Origin: Octopus sinensis
Lineage: Eukaryota
Direction of reading: 5' to 3'
Length of the DNA stretch: 64,000 nt
Assembly: GCF_006345805.1 (NCBI RefSeq)
Contig: NC_043009.1
Coordinates: 36,208,001-36,272,000, forward strand
A program made the position numbers and the translations under genes. Every line of letters starts with the position of its first letter. Position 1 is the first letter of the stretch. The notes beneath the pieces are model-generated. The model ran no database searches and was not told the DNA's origin. It worked only from the letters and a program-made list of their open reading frames with translations. This document shows, piece after piece, positions 50,379-62,933 of the stretch.

Positions 50379-52103
50379 CTTTCCTTTATCCCCGTCTGTC
50401 TGATAGACAATGGGTTGCGCCAAGGGTGGGGCCTACTTTGATGATGTGCAGCGTCTTCTGCTGTGACTCAACAGTCCAATTCTAGAGTGGCAGTCCTTGG
50501 TACAGTTGCTGCACACGAACATCGATGGGTACGTGTGGGGTGTTTGCTGCAGTTGTTCCTCCTCCTGTCCCCCTTCCACAACACGCTGTGCTCTCCTCTC
50601 CTCAGCCATGGAAACGCCTTCCCTCACCGTCCGACGCCAGCAGAGCGGTCAGCAGCTGTTTCCTCCTCCCACGTGGTCCACACAGATTGGCAGTTCTCAG
50701 GTCGCTGCTTGCACACGTCCCTGTATCGTAGCTGTGGACGTCCCTTGGGTCGGATCCCGTGGTGAGTTCGCTGTACAGGATGTCTTTAGGCATGCGACCG
50801 TCCTGCATGCGGCAGACGTGTCCGAGCCAGCGCAGTCGTCTCCGCACGAGGAGGGCATCATGCTTGGCAATATTAGTCTGTTCCAGGATGACTCCGTTTG
50901 GTACTCGGTCCTTCCAGGAGATGCCAAGGATCCGTCGAAGACATCGCATGTGGAAGCCGCTGAGGCGGCATTCCTGCCGGGTGTATGTTGTCCAGCTCTC
51001 GCTGCCCGCTGCCTAGAGTAGGGTGCTCAGCACGCAGGCTCGGTACACTGCGATCTTGGTGGTTAATGTGAGCATGTTGCTTTCCCACACTCTCCTGGAG
51101 AGCTTAGCCATGGCAGCAGCAGCCTTCCAATCCGTCTGTTCAGCTCCGGCTCGAGGGACAGGCTGCTGGAAACCGTCGATCCAGGTAAGTGAACTCGTTC
51201 ACCACCTGCAAGCTGTGGTCACCGACACTGATGCTGGGGACCCCTCCGACGTCCTGGCCCATGATCTCTGTCTTTTTCAGGCTGATGGTAAGGCCGAACT
51301 CTTGGCAGGCATCCGCCAGGGAGCTGACCACCTCTGGAGACCCGGTTGGTTGTGTGATGTTAGGGCGGCATCGTCAGCAAAGAGGATCTCTCTGATCAGC
51401 ACCTGACGGACTTTGGTCTTAGCTCTGAGGCGCGCAAGATTGAACAATCCACCATCAGCCCTGGTGTGGAGGAAACTCCGTCGTCGGACGTTCTGAAGGC
51501 ATAGGACAGGACAAGGGAGAAGAAATTTCCGAAGAGCGTCGGCGCCAGAACGCAACCCTGTTTCACACTCCACTCTGGATGGGGAATGACTCCGAGGGCG
51601 ATCGTTCAAACTGCACTGTTCCCTGCATACCGTCGTGAAAGGAGGTTGAGGTTTCAGCAGTCTGGGAGGGCAACCTATCCTACCCAGGAGCGCAAACAGC
51701 CCCTCCCTGCTGACTGAGTCGAACGCCTTAGCCAGGTCGATGAAGGCCACGTATAGGGGCTGTCTCTGTTCTCGACTCTTTTCTTGAAGCTGCCTGAGTG
51801 AGAAGATCGTGTCATTGTAGACCTCTCTGCCCTAAAGCCAGACTGAGACCGGGTTACACACGCTCTGCAAGTATTTGCAACCTCTTCAGGACCACCCTGG
51901 CAAATGCCTTACCGACAGTGCTGAGCAGTGTATGCCCCTGTATTATTGCAGTCGCTTCTGTCCCCTTGTGTTTTATACAGTGTGATGATGTTTGCGTCAC
52001 GCATATCCTTAGGGACAGAGCCCTCCTCCCAGCACTGACAGAGCAGCTCGTGGAGATGGCCCAGAAGGGCTGGCTTCCCGCACTGGATGACTTCTGCGGG
52101 GAT
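50376..52103 (-). pseudogene. 5'-truncated RTE (RTE-1/BovB-like) LINE: RT domain to C-terminal zinc finger, frameshifted
   Basis: MRDANIITLYK..GDRSDCNN, AFIDLAKAFDSVSR, KQGCVLAPTLF, EILFADDAAL, GLTISLKKT, RRRLRWLGHVCRM and CSNCTKDCHSRIGLLSH. Confidence 0.95.
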
Positions 52104-52214
52104 ATATATATATATATATAAATGAAAGAATGGAGTCGAACGACGATTTAATAAAATTCCTTTACACGCACACATACATACATACATACATACATACATA
52201 CATACATACATACA

Positions 52215-52782
52215 TACATCTGAATAAATTCTCCACTTTGTATTGAGTACAGTCGATCTATGTTCATTCCCACTTCGTGTGCAATTTCCTGGATCGTTAC
52301 ACGACAGTTTTCCATGACTCAAATCGTTCCTCGTTTCAGCTTGTGGACGGCCTGCTCGAATGTTCGCCTCCACTGAGATGCGGCCATTTCTGAAACGGTT
52401 GTACAACTCCTTAATCTGAGCTTTGCTCATGGCATCATTACTGAAGGCCTGTTGAATCTTCTGGATGTTGTTGGTCGAGTGATCATAGCTAGGTCCCTTC
52501 CTTAAATCACTTCTCAGAGTCTCCCTTAGATCCCAGCTTGGTGTCTCCCTAAAACCAAGCTTATTGCAAAACTTGATACAATATTTCTGCTCGAAACATT
52601 CGGTTATCTTGCTTGGAATCGAAAATCCGACGAGCATAACAATCTGGAACTGACACAGCCTACCGACAGCAACATTTTTCACGCATGCGCAAGAATAGTG
52701 GCGTCACTTCTCATTGAAAGGATTTTGCCTGCGCGGCATTAGTTTTGGCGGGAAAAAAGTTGGATACTTTTTGAGTGCATTT
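52215..52782 (-). pseudogene. Mariner N-terminal remnant with an 88-bp foreign insertion
   Basis: EQKYCIKFCNKLG[insert]IQKIQQAFSNDAMSKAQIKELYNRFRNGRISVE...GRP. The right end resembles a mariner TIR. Confidence 0.8.
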
Positions 52783-52783
52783 C

Positions 52784-53427
52784 GTCCCTTCTTCTCTCTC
52801 TTCCTCTTGCTCCTCCTCCCCCATTCCCGTCATCCATCTGCGACGATACTTCCGTCGTAACTGCTATCCTGTCCCTTCTCGCCCGCCTTGTAAGGCTTCT
52901 GGTCGACAAATTTTCCCTCTCTGTCTTCCACGATAATCCAGCGTTTGCAATACTTTTTTCGTCTGGCGTTAACAGCCCTTCTTATCTTGTTCTCCTTGTC
53001 CTGTCTCTCACTGTTATATATTTATTTTTCCACTGTTTATATATATATTTTTTACTGTTTATATGTTTGTACTGTCGTTACCGTCTTGCTTTTTTTTTAC
53101 CCCTCTGCGAAAAGATCTCAGAATTTTAATTGATTTGCTTTTCGCGGGAAGGAATTTTTCTTCGAAGTATACCTCTCGCTTTTATCCTCGAAACGTTTAG
53201 TAGATGAAATCTTAGCGACTGAAGAAGGGGATTTTTCGTGTGCTTATTGTCCTGTATCTCTCCCATTTTTTTTTGGCTTGTCTTGTCCTTGGTTTGTGTC
53301 TATGTGTTTCGTCTCTCTATGTGTTCGACGTATTTTTGGTGTCCTGTAACATATATGCGTGTATATGTACATGTAGAGGTAGGTCGTACATATATGTTTT
53401 TATATATAGCATATATTCTATTTTATT

Positions 53428-53430
<3 letters not shown>
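52784..53430 (+). mobile_element. 5'-truncated copy of the ~850-bp Penelope-like unit
   Basis: Colinear and near-identical to 58915-59548. It contains ATCCTC-GAAACGTT...CTGAAGA-AGGGGAT. Confidence 0.85.
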
Positions 53431-53507
<77 letters not shown>

Positions 53508-53519
53508 ATAAAACTTTAT

Positions 53520-53640
53520 ATATAAAGAACGTGAAATACACGAAGTGACGAACACGGAAAACAGACAGTCATTCGAAGCCTTCATTCTTCAGTCAGAAAC
53601 CGATTCATCATGGCAAATTTCGGCTGTTTAATTCTGATAT
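53520..53640 (-). mobile_element. Fragment related to the end of the 178-1021 unit
   Basis: CATTCGAAGCC..TCTTCAGTCAG...AATTTCGGCTG parallels CATTCGAACCC..TCATCAGTCA...AATTTCGGCTG at 259-312. Confidence 0.55.
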
Positions 53641-53643
53641 ATA

Positions 53644-53714
<71 letters not shown>

Positions 53715-53769
53715 GTATTCCTAATGACGTTACATTATACTTTTAACAATATTTGTAAATCTTAAAATG

Positions 53770-54590
53770 TTACTGTTGCCTGGTTATTGACAGAATGTGT
53801 AGACTTATAATAATTTCATAAAAATTGGCTTTATTCGGGGCTCAAGAAGTTAGATCCTTAAACTCGTCTATATATGGATCATACTCGTGTTGATCCTATC
53901 CAATTGCTGCTTATACTAACGGGTTCTTTTCACAGGGTGGCCAGATAAAAATGTTCAATCTTAAAATACACTTTACATGAAATTTTGTCCCCAAGAATGA
54001 TGTGTTAAATGTTCTGGTTTTGGACAACTCCGAATTTCAGAAAAATTCTTTGTTTTATAATAGAAAATTGGCTGCATTCCTTACTAACAGTTCTCTGTTA
54101 TCTGCAATACAATGGAATTGCAGAACGAATGGTTCAATCAATTAAAATGAAGTTGAAAGTGATTTTCTCCATATTTGCACCGCCTATAGTTCATTTACCA
54201 TACTGTTCCTCATCTTATATGCTACATTGATAGAATGCCAAATTTGTGTGCTCGTGACCAGATTCTGTTCCATGTGGAAGTCATTTCTAGTATTTGTGAA
54301 TTATTTACTTCATTACACGTCACACTTTTTTTCTGCCAGACACAGAGTATCTTGAGTTACAATATACAATGTCATTTTTTTTTTTCTTTTGAAATGTAGG
54401 ATGTAATTTGAAGGCGGCCCTGACCGACACGTAGAACAATCATCTTGTCCAGGCAGTGAGGTATGGCATATGGCTGGATCTGCTGCCTTCTTTTTGGATT
54501 CGAGGTCGAGGTAGAGTTGATCTATGTTCAGCACCACAGAACATAAACCAACACAATCCAAAAGTGGTAGTCAAAGGTGTTGACATCGGC
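53770..54590 (+). pseudogene. Decayed Ty3/Gypsy-like integrase region
   Basis: QYNGIAERMVQSIKMKLK at ~54105-54160 (cf. PQSNGLAERMVQTIK), with a V(L)DNSEF-like segment upstream. Many stops and frameshifts. Confidence 0.6.
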
Positions 54591-55589
54591 ATTGGACCCT
54601 AGCATATTGTTCCCTTTATTGTATAATACGAGTGGAAGATAAGTACGGGGGTGAGGAGCAACGAAAAGTGGTCGAGTGGAAAGTCAGAATGGATCTGCAA
54701 GCCCTTTTAACGGCTCAAAATTATATGGTAATTTCGTAGCTGAGCCCAGTTCCTGGAGCAGAAACACGAGTAGTGATACTGGCAGTGCACGGGAGGTAAA
54801 GTCACCTGAAAATTTTCTCCCTGAAAAGCTGGAAAGACAGAGAGAGGGCAATATAGAAAGAGAGAGAGAGAGAGAGAAACAGAGACAGACAGAGACAGAC
54901 AGACAGACAAACAGCAGTGTACAGCAGCAAATCCACCACCACCATCAACAACAAAAATTGTCGGGAGAGAACTGTTTCAATGACACCGGCAATCGAAATT
55001 CCAGAAATGGTGGAAGACATCGTTCTCCGTTCAGTAATGCATGCAAACCCTCAACACCCCCACTACCAGCTTCTTTCTCGTTGTACCATGCCACCCACTT
55101 GTGATGATGGAGAGCAAGTGGAGTCAAGAGAGGAGTAGCAGACTGTTACAGAGAAAAACAAATAAACCAAACAACATCGACAACAAAAAGCAATAACTAT
55201 TCTGTATTACCCACAAGGGGCTAAACATAGAGGGGACAAACAAGGACAGACATAGGTATTAAGTCGATTACATCGACCCCAGTGCGTGACTGGTACTTAA
55301 TTTATCGACCCCGGAAGGATGAAAGGCAAAGTCGACCCAAGCAATACGGTGTGCAAAACTCACGAAGAAAACCCCCACTTCACCCACTGACATGACGTTG
55401 TTGGTCGAGTGATCATAGCCAAGTCCCTTCCTCAAATCACTTCTCGGAGTCTCCCTTAGGTCCCAGCTAGGTGTCTCCCTAAAATCACAGCTAGGTCTGT
55501 ATAAAACAGATAGAGATGTGTTGCGTGGGTGGGATGTAGATCATAAAGCCGATATTTACAAGTCATGTAAATGAGGGGAAGACTACCCG

Positions 55590-56455
55590 AAGAATTCATC
55601 AAACACCTGAGGAAGAATTTATCAAACACCCGTGGAAGAATTTATCAAACACCTGATGAAGAATTTATCAAACACCCGTGGAAGAATCATCAAACCACAT
55701 GAGGAAGAAAATTTATCAAACACCCGTGGAAGATTTATCAAACCCAGTGGAAAGAATTATCAAACACCCGTGAAGAATTTATCAAACACCCGTGGAAGAA
55801 TTTATCAAACACCTGAGGAAGAATTTATCAAACACCTGAAGAAGAATTTATCAAACACCCGTGGAAGAATTTATCAAACACCTGAGGAAGAATTTATCAA
55901 ACACCTGAAGAAGAATTTATCAAACACCCGTGGAAGAATTTATCAAACACCTGAGGAAGAATTTATCAAACACCTGAAGAAGAATTTATCAAACACCCGT
56001 GGAAGAATTTATCAAACACCTGAGGAAGAATTTATCAAACACATGATGAAGAATTATCAAACACCCGTGAAGAATTTATCAAACACCCGTGAAGAATTTA
56101 TCAAAACCCCTGGGAAGAATTTATCAAACACTGAAGAAGAATTTATAAAAACACCCGTGGAAGAATTTATCAAACACCGAGGAAGAATTGATCAAACACC
56201 TGAAGAAAGCATTTATTCACACACCCGTGGAAGATTTATTCAAAACACCTGAGGAAGAATTTTCAAACACGAAGCAGAATTTATCAAACACCCGTGAAGA
56301 AAGAAATTTATCAAACACCTGAGGAAGAATTTATCAAAACATGATGAAGAATTATTCAAACACCGTGGAAGAATTTATCAAACACCTGAGGAAGAATTTA
56401 TCAAATACCGTGGAAGAATTTATCAAACACCTGAAGAAGAATTTATCAAGATACC
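55590..56455 (+). repeat. 23-bp minisatellite with a 69-bp higher-order period
   Basis: The constant core GAAGAATTTATCAAACACC is preceded by CGTG, TGAG or TGAA. The three variants cycle regularly at ~55790-56040 and degenerate toward the edges. Confidence 0.95.
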
Positions 56456-56788
56456 AAATAGAAACACTCGGATGATTGGATGCTTCTTAGCTAAGTCAAC
56501 ACGAAAAACGTTCAAGAGCACCTTTGGAGGTAAACCCAATCTCCATAGAACGAGAAGCAGGAGGGTAAATTCTGAGGTGCTCAGAGCCGACCTAGCTACT
56601 GCTCATCTTTTTTTGTTTGTTCGTTTTTTTTTTCCGGTTTTTTTTTATGCAGAAAACTTCTCTTAGCAACTTCTCTCAATGTTTTTAGTTGACTTGTGAA
56701 CAAGAATTTTATTTCATTGAATCCCAGTCCTGGTGAACACCCACCTCCTCTATTTCCCCCAACATCATTCCCATCTCTCCTTCCGCTT

Positions 56789-56827
<39 letters not shown>

Positions 56828-57045
56828 TCCCCTCCCTCCCTCCCTCTCTCTCTCTCCCTCGCATGAACCCTGTTGTTCTGTTTTGTTTATACATAACTCT
56901 ACCTTAATCTAGTCTCCCTGACAAAACCCTGCCAAACAGTTTTACTTAACCTTTGCTTCACTGTCATAAATCTCTGAAAATTCTAACGCAACCACCACCA
57001 CCACCACCACCATCACTCTCCTAACATCAATACCACCACACACAC

Positions 57046-57080
<35 letters not shown>

Positions 57081-57257
57081 GTATATATATATATATATAA
57101 AAGATGGCGTGCTGAAGATCTTCCTGATATTTTGGGCCATTTAAACTTACTTCTCTTTTCTTCCTAATTCCTTCTCCTCCCTTTCTTCCACTCCCCCTCT
57201 TTTCTCTCACAAATATTTTTAGTTTTTTTCTTTCTTGTCATTTCGTTGTCGTTATCG

Positions 57258-57440
57258 TCTTCTTCTTCTTCTTCTTCTTCTTCTTCTTCTTCTTCTTCTT
57301 CTTCTTCTTCTTCTTCTTCTTCTTCTTCTTCTTCTTCTTCTTCTTCTTCTTCTTCTTCTTCTTCTTTTTCTTCTTCGTCTTCGTCTTCGTCGTCGTCGTC
57401 GTCTTCACCCTCTTCATCATTTATCATCATCATGATCCTC
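57258..57440. repeat. (TTC)n grading into (TCG)n/(TCA)n
   Basis: Read directly. Confidence 0.95.
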
Positions 57441-57750
57441 TTCATCATCATCTTCATCATCATTATCTTTCCTCTGTTTCTGTTCTTTAGCATCTCCTCT
57501 CCACCCCTCAATTTCATCATCATCATCATTATCATAATTTTTCTTCTTTGTTATCATCTTCTCCATCTTCTTCCTCTCTACCTCTCCTCCTTCTCGCACC
57601 TTTTTTCCTAGCCGTCACTGCCACCACCACCATTCTCTCTATCTCTTTCCCTCTTTATGTCTTTCTATCTATCTATCGATATGTCCATCATTCTATCTCT
57701 ATTTCTTTCTCTCTCTCTCTCTCTCTCTCTCATTATATACATATATCATT

Positions 57751-57786
<36 letters not shown>

Positions 57787-58084
57787 TCTATCTATTATCT
57801 ATCTATTCTCTATCTATCTATTCATTGTGTGTGTGTGTGCGTGTGTGTGTGAATATATATGATAATATATATATATATATATAGATATATATATTATATA
57901 TATATATATATAGATTATATATATATGAATATGAATATATATTATATATATATACATATGCATGTGTATAATATAGACAGACTGACAGACAGACACTACA
58001 TATATATATACATACATATATATACATCATATATATATATATATACATACATGCTGTTGTTACTGTTGCTATTGCTGTATAGAC

Positions 58085-58385
<301 letters not shown>

Positions 58386-58570
58386 TTCAGACAGATTGGT
58401 AGTAGATAACGAAATAAAGGACCACCCACACCACCTACATTAAATACATGTTAGAGGAGGGAGATGAGCCATTATTGTTTATTTTCTGTTTAGTTCTCAT
58501 TGTTTTATGTTTTGAGTTTGTTAATGTTACAGAGCCAGAGAAATATTGTTGGGGCGGTCAGGTGTGTGTG

Positions 58571-58601
<31 letters not shown>

Positions 58602-58659
58602 TGTACGTCTTTATGCTTTTATGTGTATATATATACATATACATACATATATACGTATA

Positions 58660-58691
<32 letters not shown>

Positions 58692-58700
58692 ACATATTAT

Positions 58701-60390
58701 ACGACTAAACGCACGCACCCTATTAAGTAAGATTGTTCTGTTTATCAAGTTAGCCTTGATATTAACTCTCACGCGACTCTGCATCTTTCTTTCTTTCTCT
58801 CCCATTCCCTTTTTCGTCTTTTTTCCCTCACTTAACTTGTCTCTTCCTCTCTCTCTCATTCTTCATTCTCTCTCTCCCTTTCACCATTCTTCATGGTCTC
58901 CTCGCACCATTCCCCTTCTTCTCTCTCTTCCTCCTCCTCCCCCATTCCCGTCGTCCATCTGCGACGATACTTCCGTCGTAACTGCTATCCTGTCTTTTCT
59001 CGCCCGCCTTCTAAGGCTACTGGTCGACATTTTTTTCTCTCTCGTCGTCCACTATAATCCAGCGTTTGCAATACTTTTTTCGTCTGGCGTTAACAGCCCT
59101 TCTTATCTTGTTCTCCTTGTCCTGTCTCTCACTGTGATAATTTATTTTTCAACTGTTTATATATATTATTTTTTACTGTTTATATGTTTGTACTGTCGTT
59201 ACCGTCTTGCTTTTTTTACCCCTCTGCGAAAAGATCTCAGAATTTTAATTGATTGCTTTTCGCAAAGGAAGGAAGTTTTCTTCGAAGTATACGTCTCGCT
59301 TTTATCCTTCGAAACGTTTAGTAGATGAAACCTTAGCGACTGAAGAAGGGGATTTTTCGTTGTGCTTATTGTCCTGTATCTCTTTTTTTTGCTTGTCTTG
59401 TTCCTTGGTTTGTGTCTATGTTTTTCGTCTCTATGTGTTCGACATCTTTTTGGTGTCCTGTACACATATATGCGTGTATGTACATGTAGAGGTAGGTACG
59501 TACATATATGTTATATATATGCATATGTTCTATTTTATTAACATGTATACGACTTAAAAGCGCACGCACCCTATTAAGTAAGATTGTTCTGTTATCAAGT
59601 TAGCCTTGATATTAACTCTCACGCGAATCTGCATCTTTCTTTCTTTCTCTCCCATTCCTTTTTCGTCTTTTTCCCTCACTAACTTGTCTCTTCCTCTCTC
59701 TCTCATTCTTCATTCTCTCTCTCCCTTTACCCTTCTTCATGGTCTCCTCGCACCATTCCCCTTCTTCTCTCTCTTCCTCTTGCTCCTCCTCCCCCATTCC
59801 AGTCGTCCATCTGCGACGATACTTCCGTCGTAACTGCTATCCTGTCTTTCTGCCCGCCTTCTAAGGCTACTGGTCGACATTTTTTCTCTCTCGTCGTCCA
59901 CTATAATCCAGCGTTTGCAATACTTTTTTCGTCTGGCGTTAACAGCCCTTCTTATCTTGTTATCTTGTCCTGTCTCTCACTGTTATATATTTATTTTTCC
60001 AATGTTTATATATTATTTTTACTGTTTATATGTTTGTACTGTCGTTACCGTCTTGCTTTTTTTACCCCTCTGCAAAAAGATCTCAGAATTTTAATTGATT
60101 TGCTTTTCGCAGGAGGAAGTTTTCTTCGAAGTATACGTCTCGCTTTTATCCTTCGAAACGTTTAGTAGATGAAACCTTAGCGACTGAAGACGGGGATTTT
60201 TCGTTGTGCTTATTGTCCTGTATCTTTTTTTTGCTTGTCTTGTTCCTTGGTTGGTGTCTATGTTTTTCGTCTCTCTATGTGTTCGACGTCTTTTTGGGTC
60301 CTGTACACAATATGCGTGTATATGTACATGTAGAGGTAGGTACGTACATATATGTTTATATATATGCTATGTTATATTTATTACATATAT
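58701..60390 (+). mobile_element. Head-to-tail dimer of an ~850-bp non-coding Penelope-like/retrozyme-like unit
   Basis: Units start ACGACT(T)AAA(AG)CGCACGCACCCTATTAAGTAAG at 58701 and 59549 and are highly similar. Each has a pyrimidine tract, a GAAAC...CTGAAGA motif and an (AT)-rich tail. Confidence 0.85.
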
Positions 60391-60425
60391 ATATATATAA
60401 TATATATATATAGATATGATGCATT

Positions 60426-60471
<46 letters not shown>

Positions 60472-61199
60472 GTGTGTGTGTGTGTGTGTATGTATGTGAT
60501 GTATGTATGTATGTACTTGACCGATTTTATATATGTGTGTATATAAAATGAGAGCGTATGTGTGAATGTAAGTGAAGGCTTTGAAATGGTGTGTCCCCGA
60601 GGAAAACGGATTTGATTTTCGAAATCTGAATCCCCTCGACAAGGTTTTCGGTTATAATTATTCAAAAAATTTCATTTTGTACGAGAAATAACTCAACTTT
60701 TAGAGCGACAGATCTACCACTCTCTATCTGTCTCCATCAGGTTCTCTCATTTATGTCTTTTCTCCTCTCTATATATATTTACCACACGCTTTTTCACTCT
60801 GTGTGTGTGTGTGTGTGTGTAAATGAAATTTTTCGTATTGTTTGTTTGATAAGTTACTGTAAGCGAAACACTTGGCCGATTGTCACGAATAATTCCATTT
60901 TATAATCGTTATTCTCGACAGTCAACGCCATCTTGAACTCTTTATTTGAGAGACAGTTTCCAAGTTGATAGCTAGACCTTGATATATGTGTTTGCATGTC
61001 TATACACACACACACAGACACACACACATACACATATCTGTATGCATGTATACATGTATAGTTGTTCGTTTGAACCCAATGCGTGCCAAATTTGGTCATA
61101 GAGTATAATATATCTCACTAATAATAAACGGGTCTTTTTCTTGTAGTTGCTGTTTCAGGAGGAATGAATAGTGCCCATGTTCTTGCAGGCCCTCTAAGA

Positions 61200-61740
61200 C
61201 AAGTAAGTTTCGTGGTATTAACGTTCCTCTTGAACTTATGCAAAGAAAGATATGAGGAAGGAGGGAAATCCAGGGTATTTATGTTTCGAGAAGGAAGGAC
61301 TAGGTGTAGTAATTTATGAGATACTGCCGACATGTTTGTTGCAACAAGGGTAATGAAAAGAGGTAAGACGATTAGGACAAGAAAATATGTCACAGTTTGT
61401 GACAGACCATGCCTTTCTTTTGCTGGGCTCAAATCTCATTTGCGAACCAATGGAAAACGAACCTCCACGAACTATTCTGCTTATATGTCTGTGCACACCT
61501 TTGAATGCAGTGTATGCCAGAAGGTTTGCAAATCTAGCAGAGGCCTCAAAAGACATTTTAAGATCCACAAAGATGAGAACTTATCTGCAGCTCTTGGTAG
61601 TCCAAACCGGATGTGCAATCTATGTGGTTGTCTTTTCAGAACATTGTCTGGTTTAAAACGCCACATCAGATGCCATAATGGTTCTAAGGTGTAGGTAGAG
61701 GTGGTCAAACTCTGCATAAGGAGTAGACAACCACCATGTA
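61200..61740 (+). mobile_element. Probable RTE LINE 3' end encoding three C2H2-type zinc fingers (one degenerate)
   Basis: ORF 61332-61694 contains VCDRPCLSFAGLKSHLRTN, CSVCQKVCKSSRGLKRHFKIH and CNLCGCLFRTLSGLKRHIRCH. Finger 1 matches the RTE finger at ~36660-36720. An upstream frame reads KKDMRK...FEKE, and an (ATGT/ATGG)n tail follows. Confidence 0.65.
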
Positions 61741-61793
61741 TGTATATATGGATGGAGGGATGGATGGATGGATGGATGGATGGATGGATGTGC

Positions 61794-62178
61794 TAGGCCA
61801 GATTAAGACCCAGAGAGCCCCTATGTACTTAAGAGATTGTGGTGTCCCCATATGAAATTAATTCAAAATATAAACAATAATACCATAGAATAAATTCATA
61901 TTTTTCAAAATGAAATAGAACAGTACCATAGAAAATAATATTTTTATATACGACCAAGTTTATTTATATTTCAAAAGTTTTCTCTGATTAGATCCTCACT
62001 TTGGTACCATGAACACTTCGAAATCATATTGCCAATTATATAAACTACTTTGAATATTATTTTAGCAAATTTAAAGTGGTTTCTTTTGAGCCACAAATCA
62101 TTTACCATTTCTGTGGTGCCCTCTTCCCTTGATGACCTAAGTGCGTGCTTAATTTGCTTTATGGTTAATCCAGCACTG
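61794..62178. mobile_element. Possible degenerate hAT-type MITE
   Basis: Imperfect termini TAGGCCAGATTAA and TTAATCCAGCACTG around an AT-rich interior. Confidence 0.3.
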
Positions 62179-62893
62179 TGTGTGTGTATGTATATGTATG
62201 TGTTTATATGTGCATGTGTGTATGTATGTGTGTATGTATCTATGTTTGTACGTATGTACGTATGTGCGTGTGTATGTATGTATGTATGCATGTGTGTATG
62301 TGTGTATGCATATATGTATGTGTGTATGTATGTATTATGTGTGTGTGTGCATGTATGTATGTATGCATGTTTGTATGTACCAATGAATGAATGAATGTAC
62401 GTATATATTACGCAGGCATGTGTGTGTTCATGTATGAATGAGAGAGTATGTGAACATAGTCGTTTGAGCGTATGAGAGCGCACACACTTGTGTTTAAAAA
62501 GTGAGACTATAAATATATATATGTGTGTGTGTGTGTGTGTGTATTTAGTTCTGGGTAGGAGTGAGAAACATGGGTGTACGTATGTGTGTCTAAGAGCGTG
62601 TGTAGTTGTATGTTTGGTTCATATGTGCGTGGTTGCGTGAGTATATGTACGCATGAATGTGTTGATGGTAATGTTTTAGCGCATGTATAAGTGTATGAGC
62701 ATATCTATAGGGATATTTGTGAGCATACAGCAGTGCTTTTGGGCGTGTGTATGTGTGTGTGTTTGTGTGTGTGTATCTGTGTGTGTGTGTATCTGTGTAT
62801 GTGTGTACGTGAGAGAGAGAGATAGAGACTTTGTGTGTGTGTGTGTCTGTGTGTGTATCTGTGTATATGTGTACGTGAGGGAGAGAGAGAGAG

Positions 62894-62933
<40 letters not shown>

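Noticed and set aside
54676-55138. ORFs 54676-55104 and 54917-55138 as host exons
   Set aside because: They span an (AG)n tract, several frames are equally open, no homology is recognisable and the splice signals conflict.
55632-56252. 206-aa repetitive ORF as a real protein, or the array as CRISPR
   Set aside because: The ORF arises because the 69-bp period is a multiple of 3. The variable part is only 4 nt, with no unique spacers and no cas genes, and the DNA is eukaryotic.
58756-59328. 190-aa hydrophobic ORF as a membrane protein
   Set aside because: It derives from pyrimidine tracts, and the frame is broken in the two sister copies.
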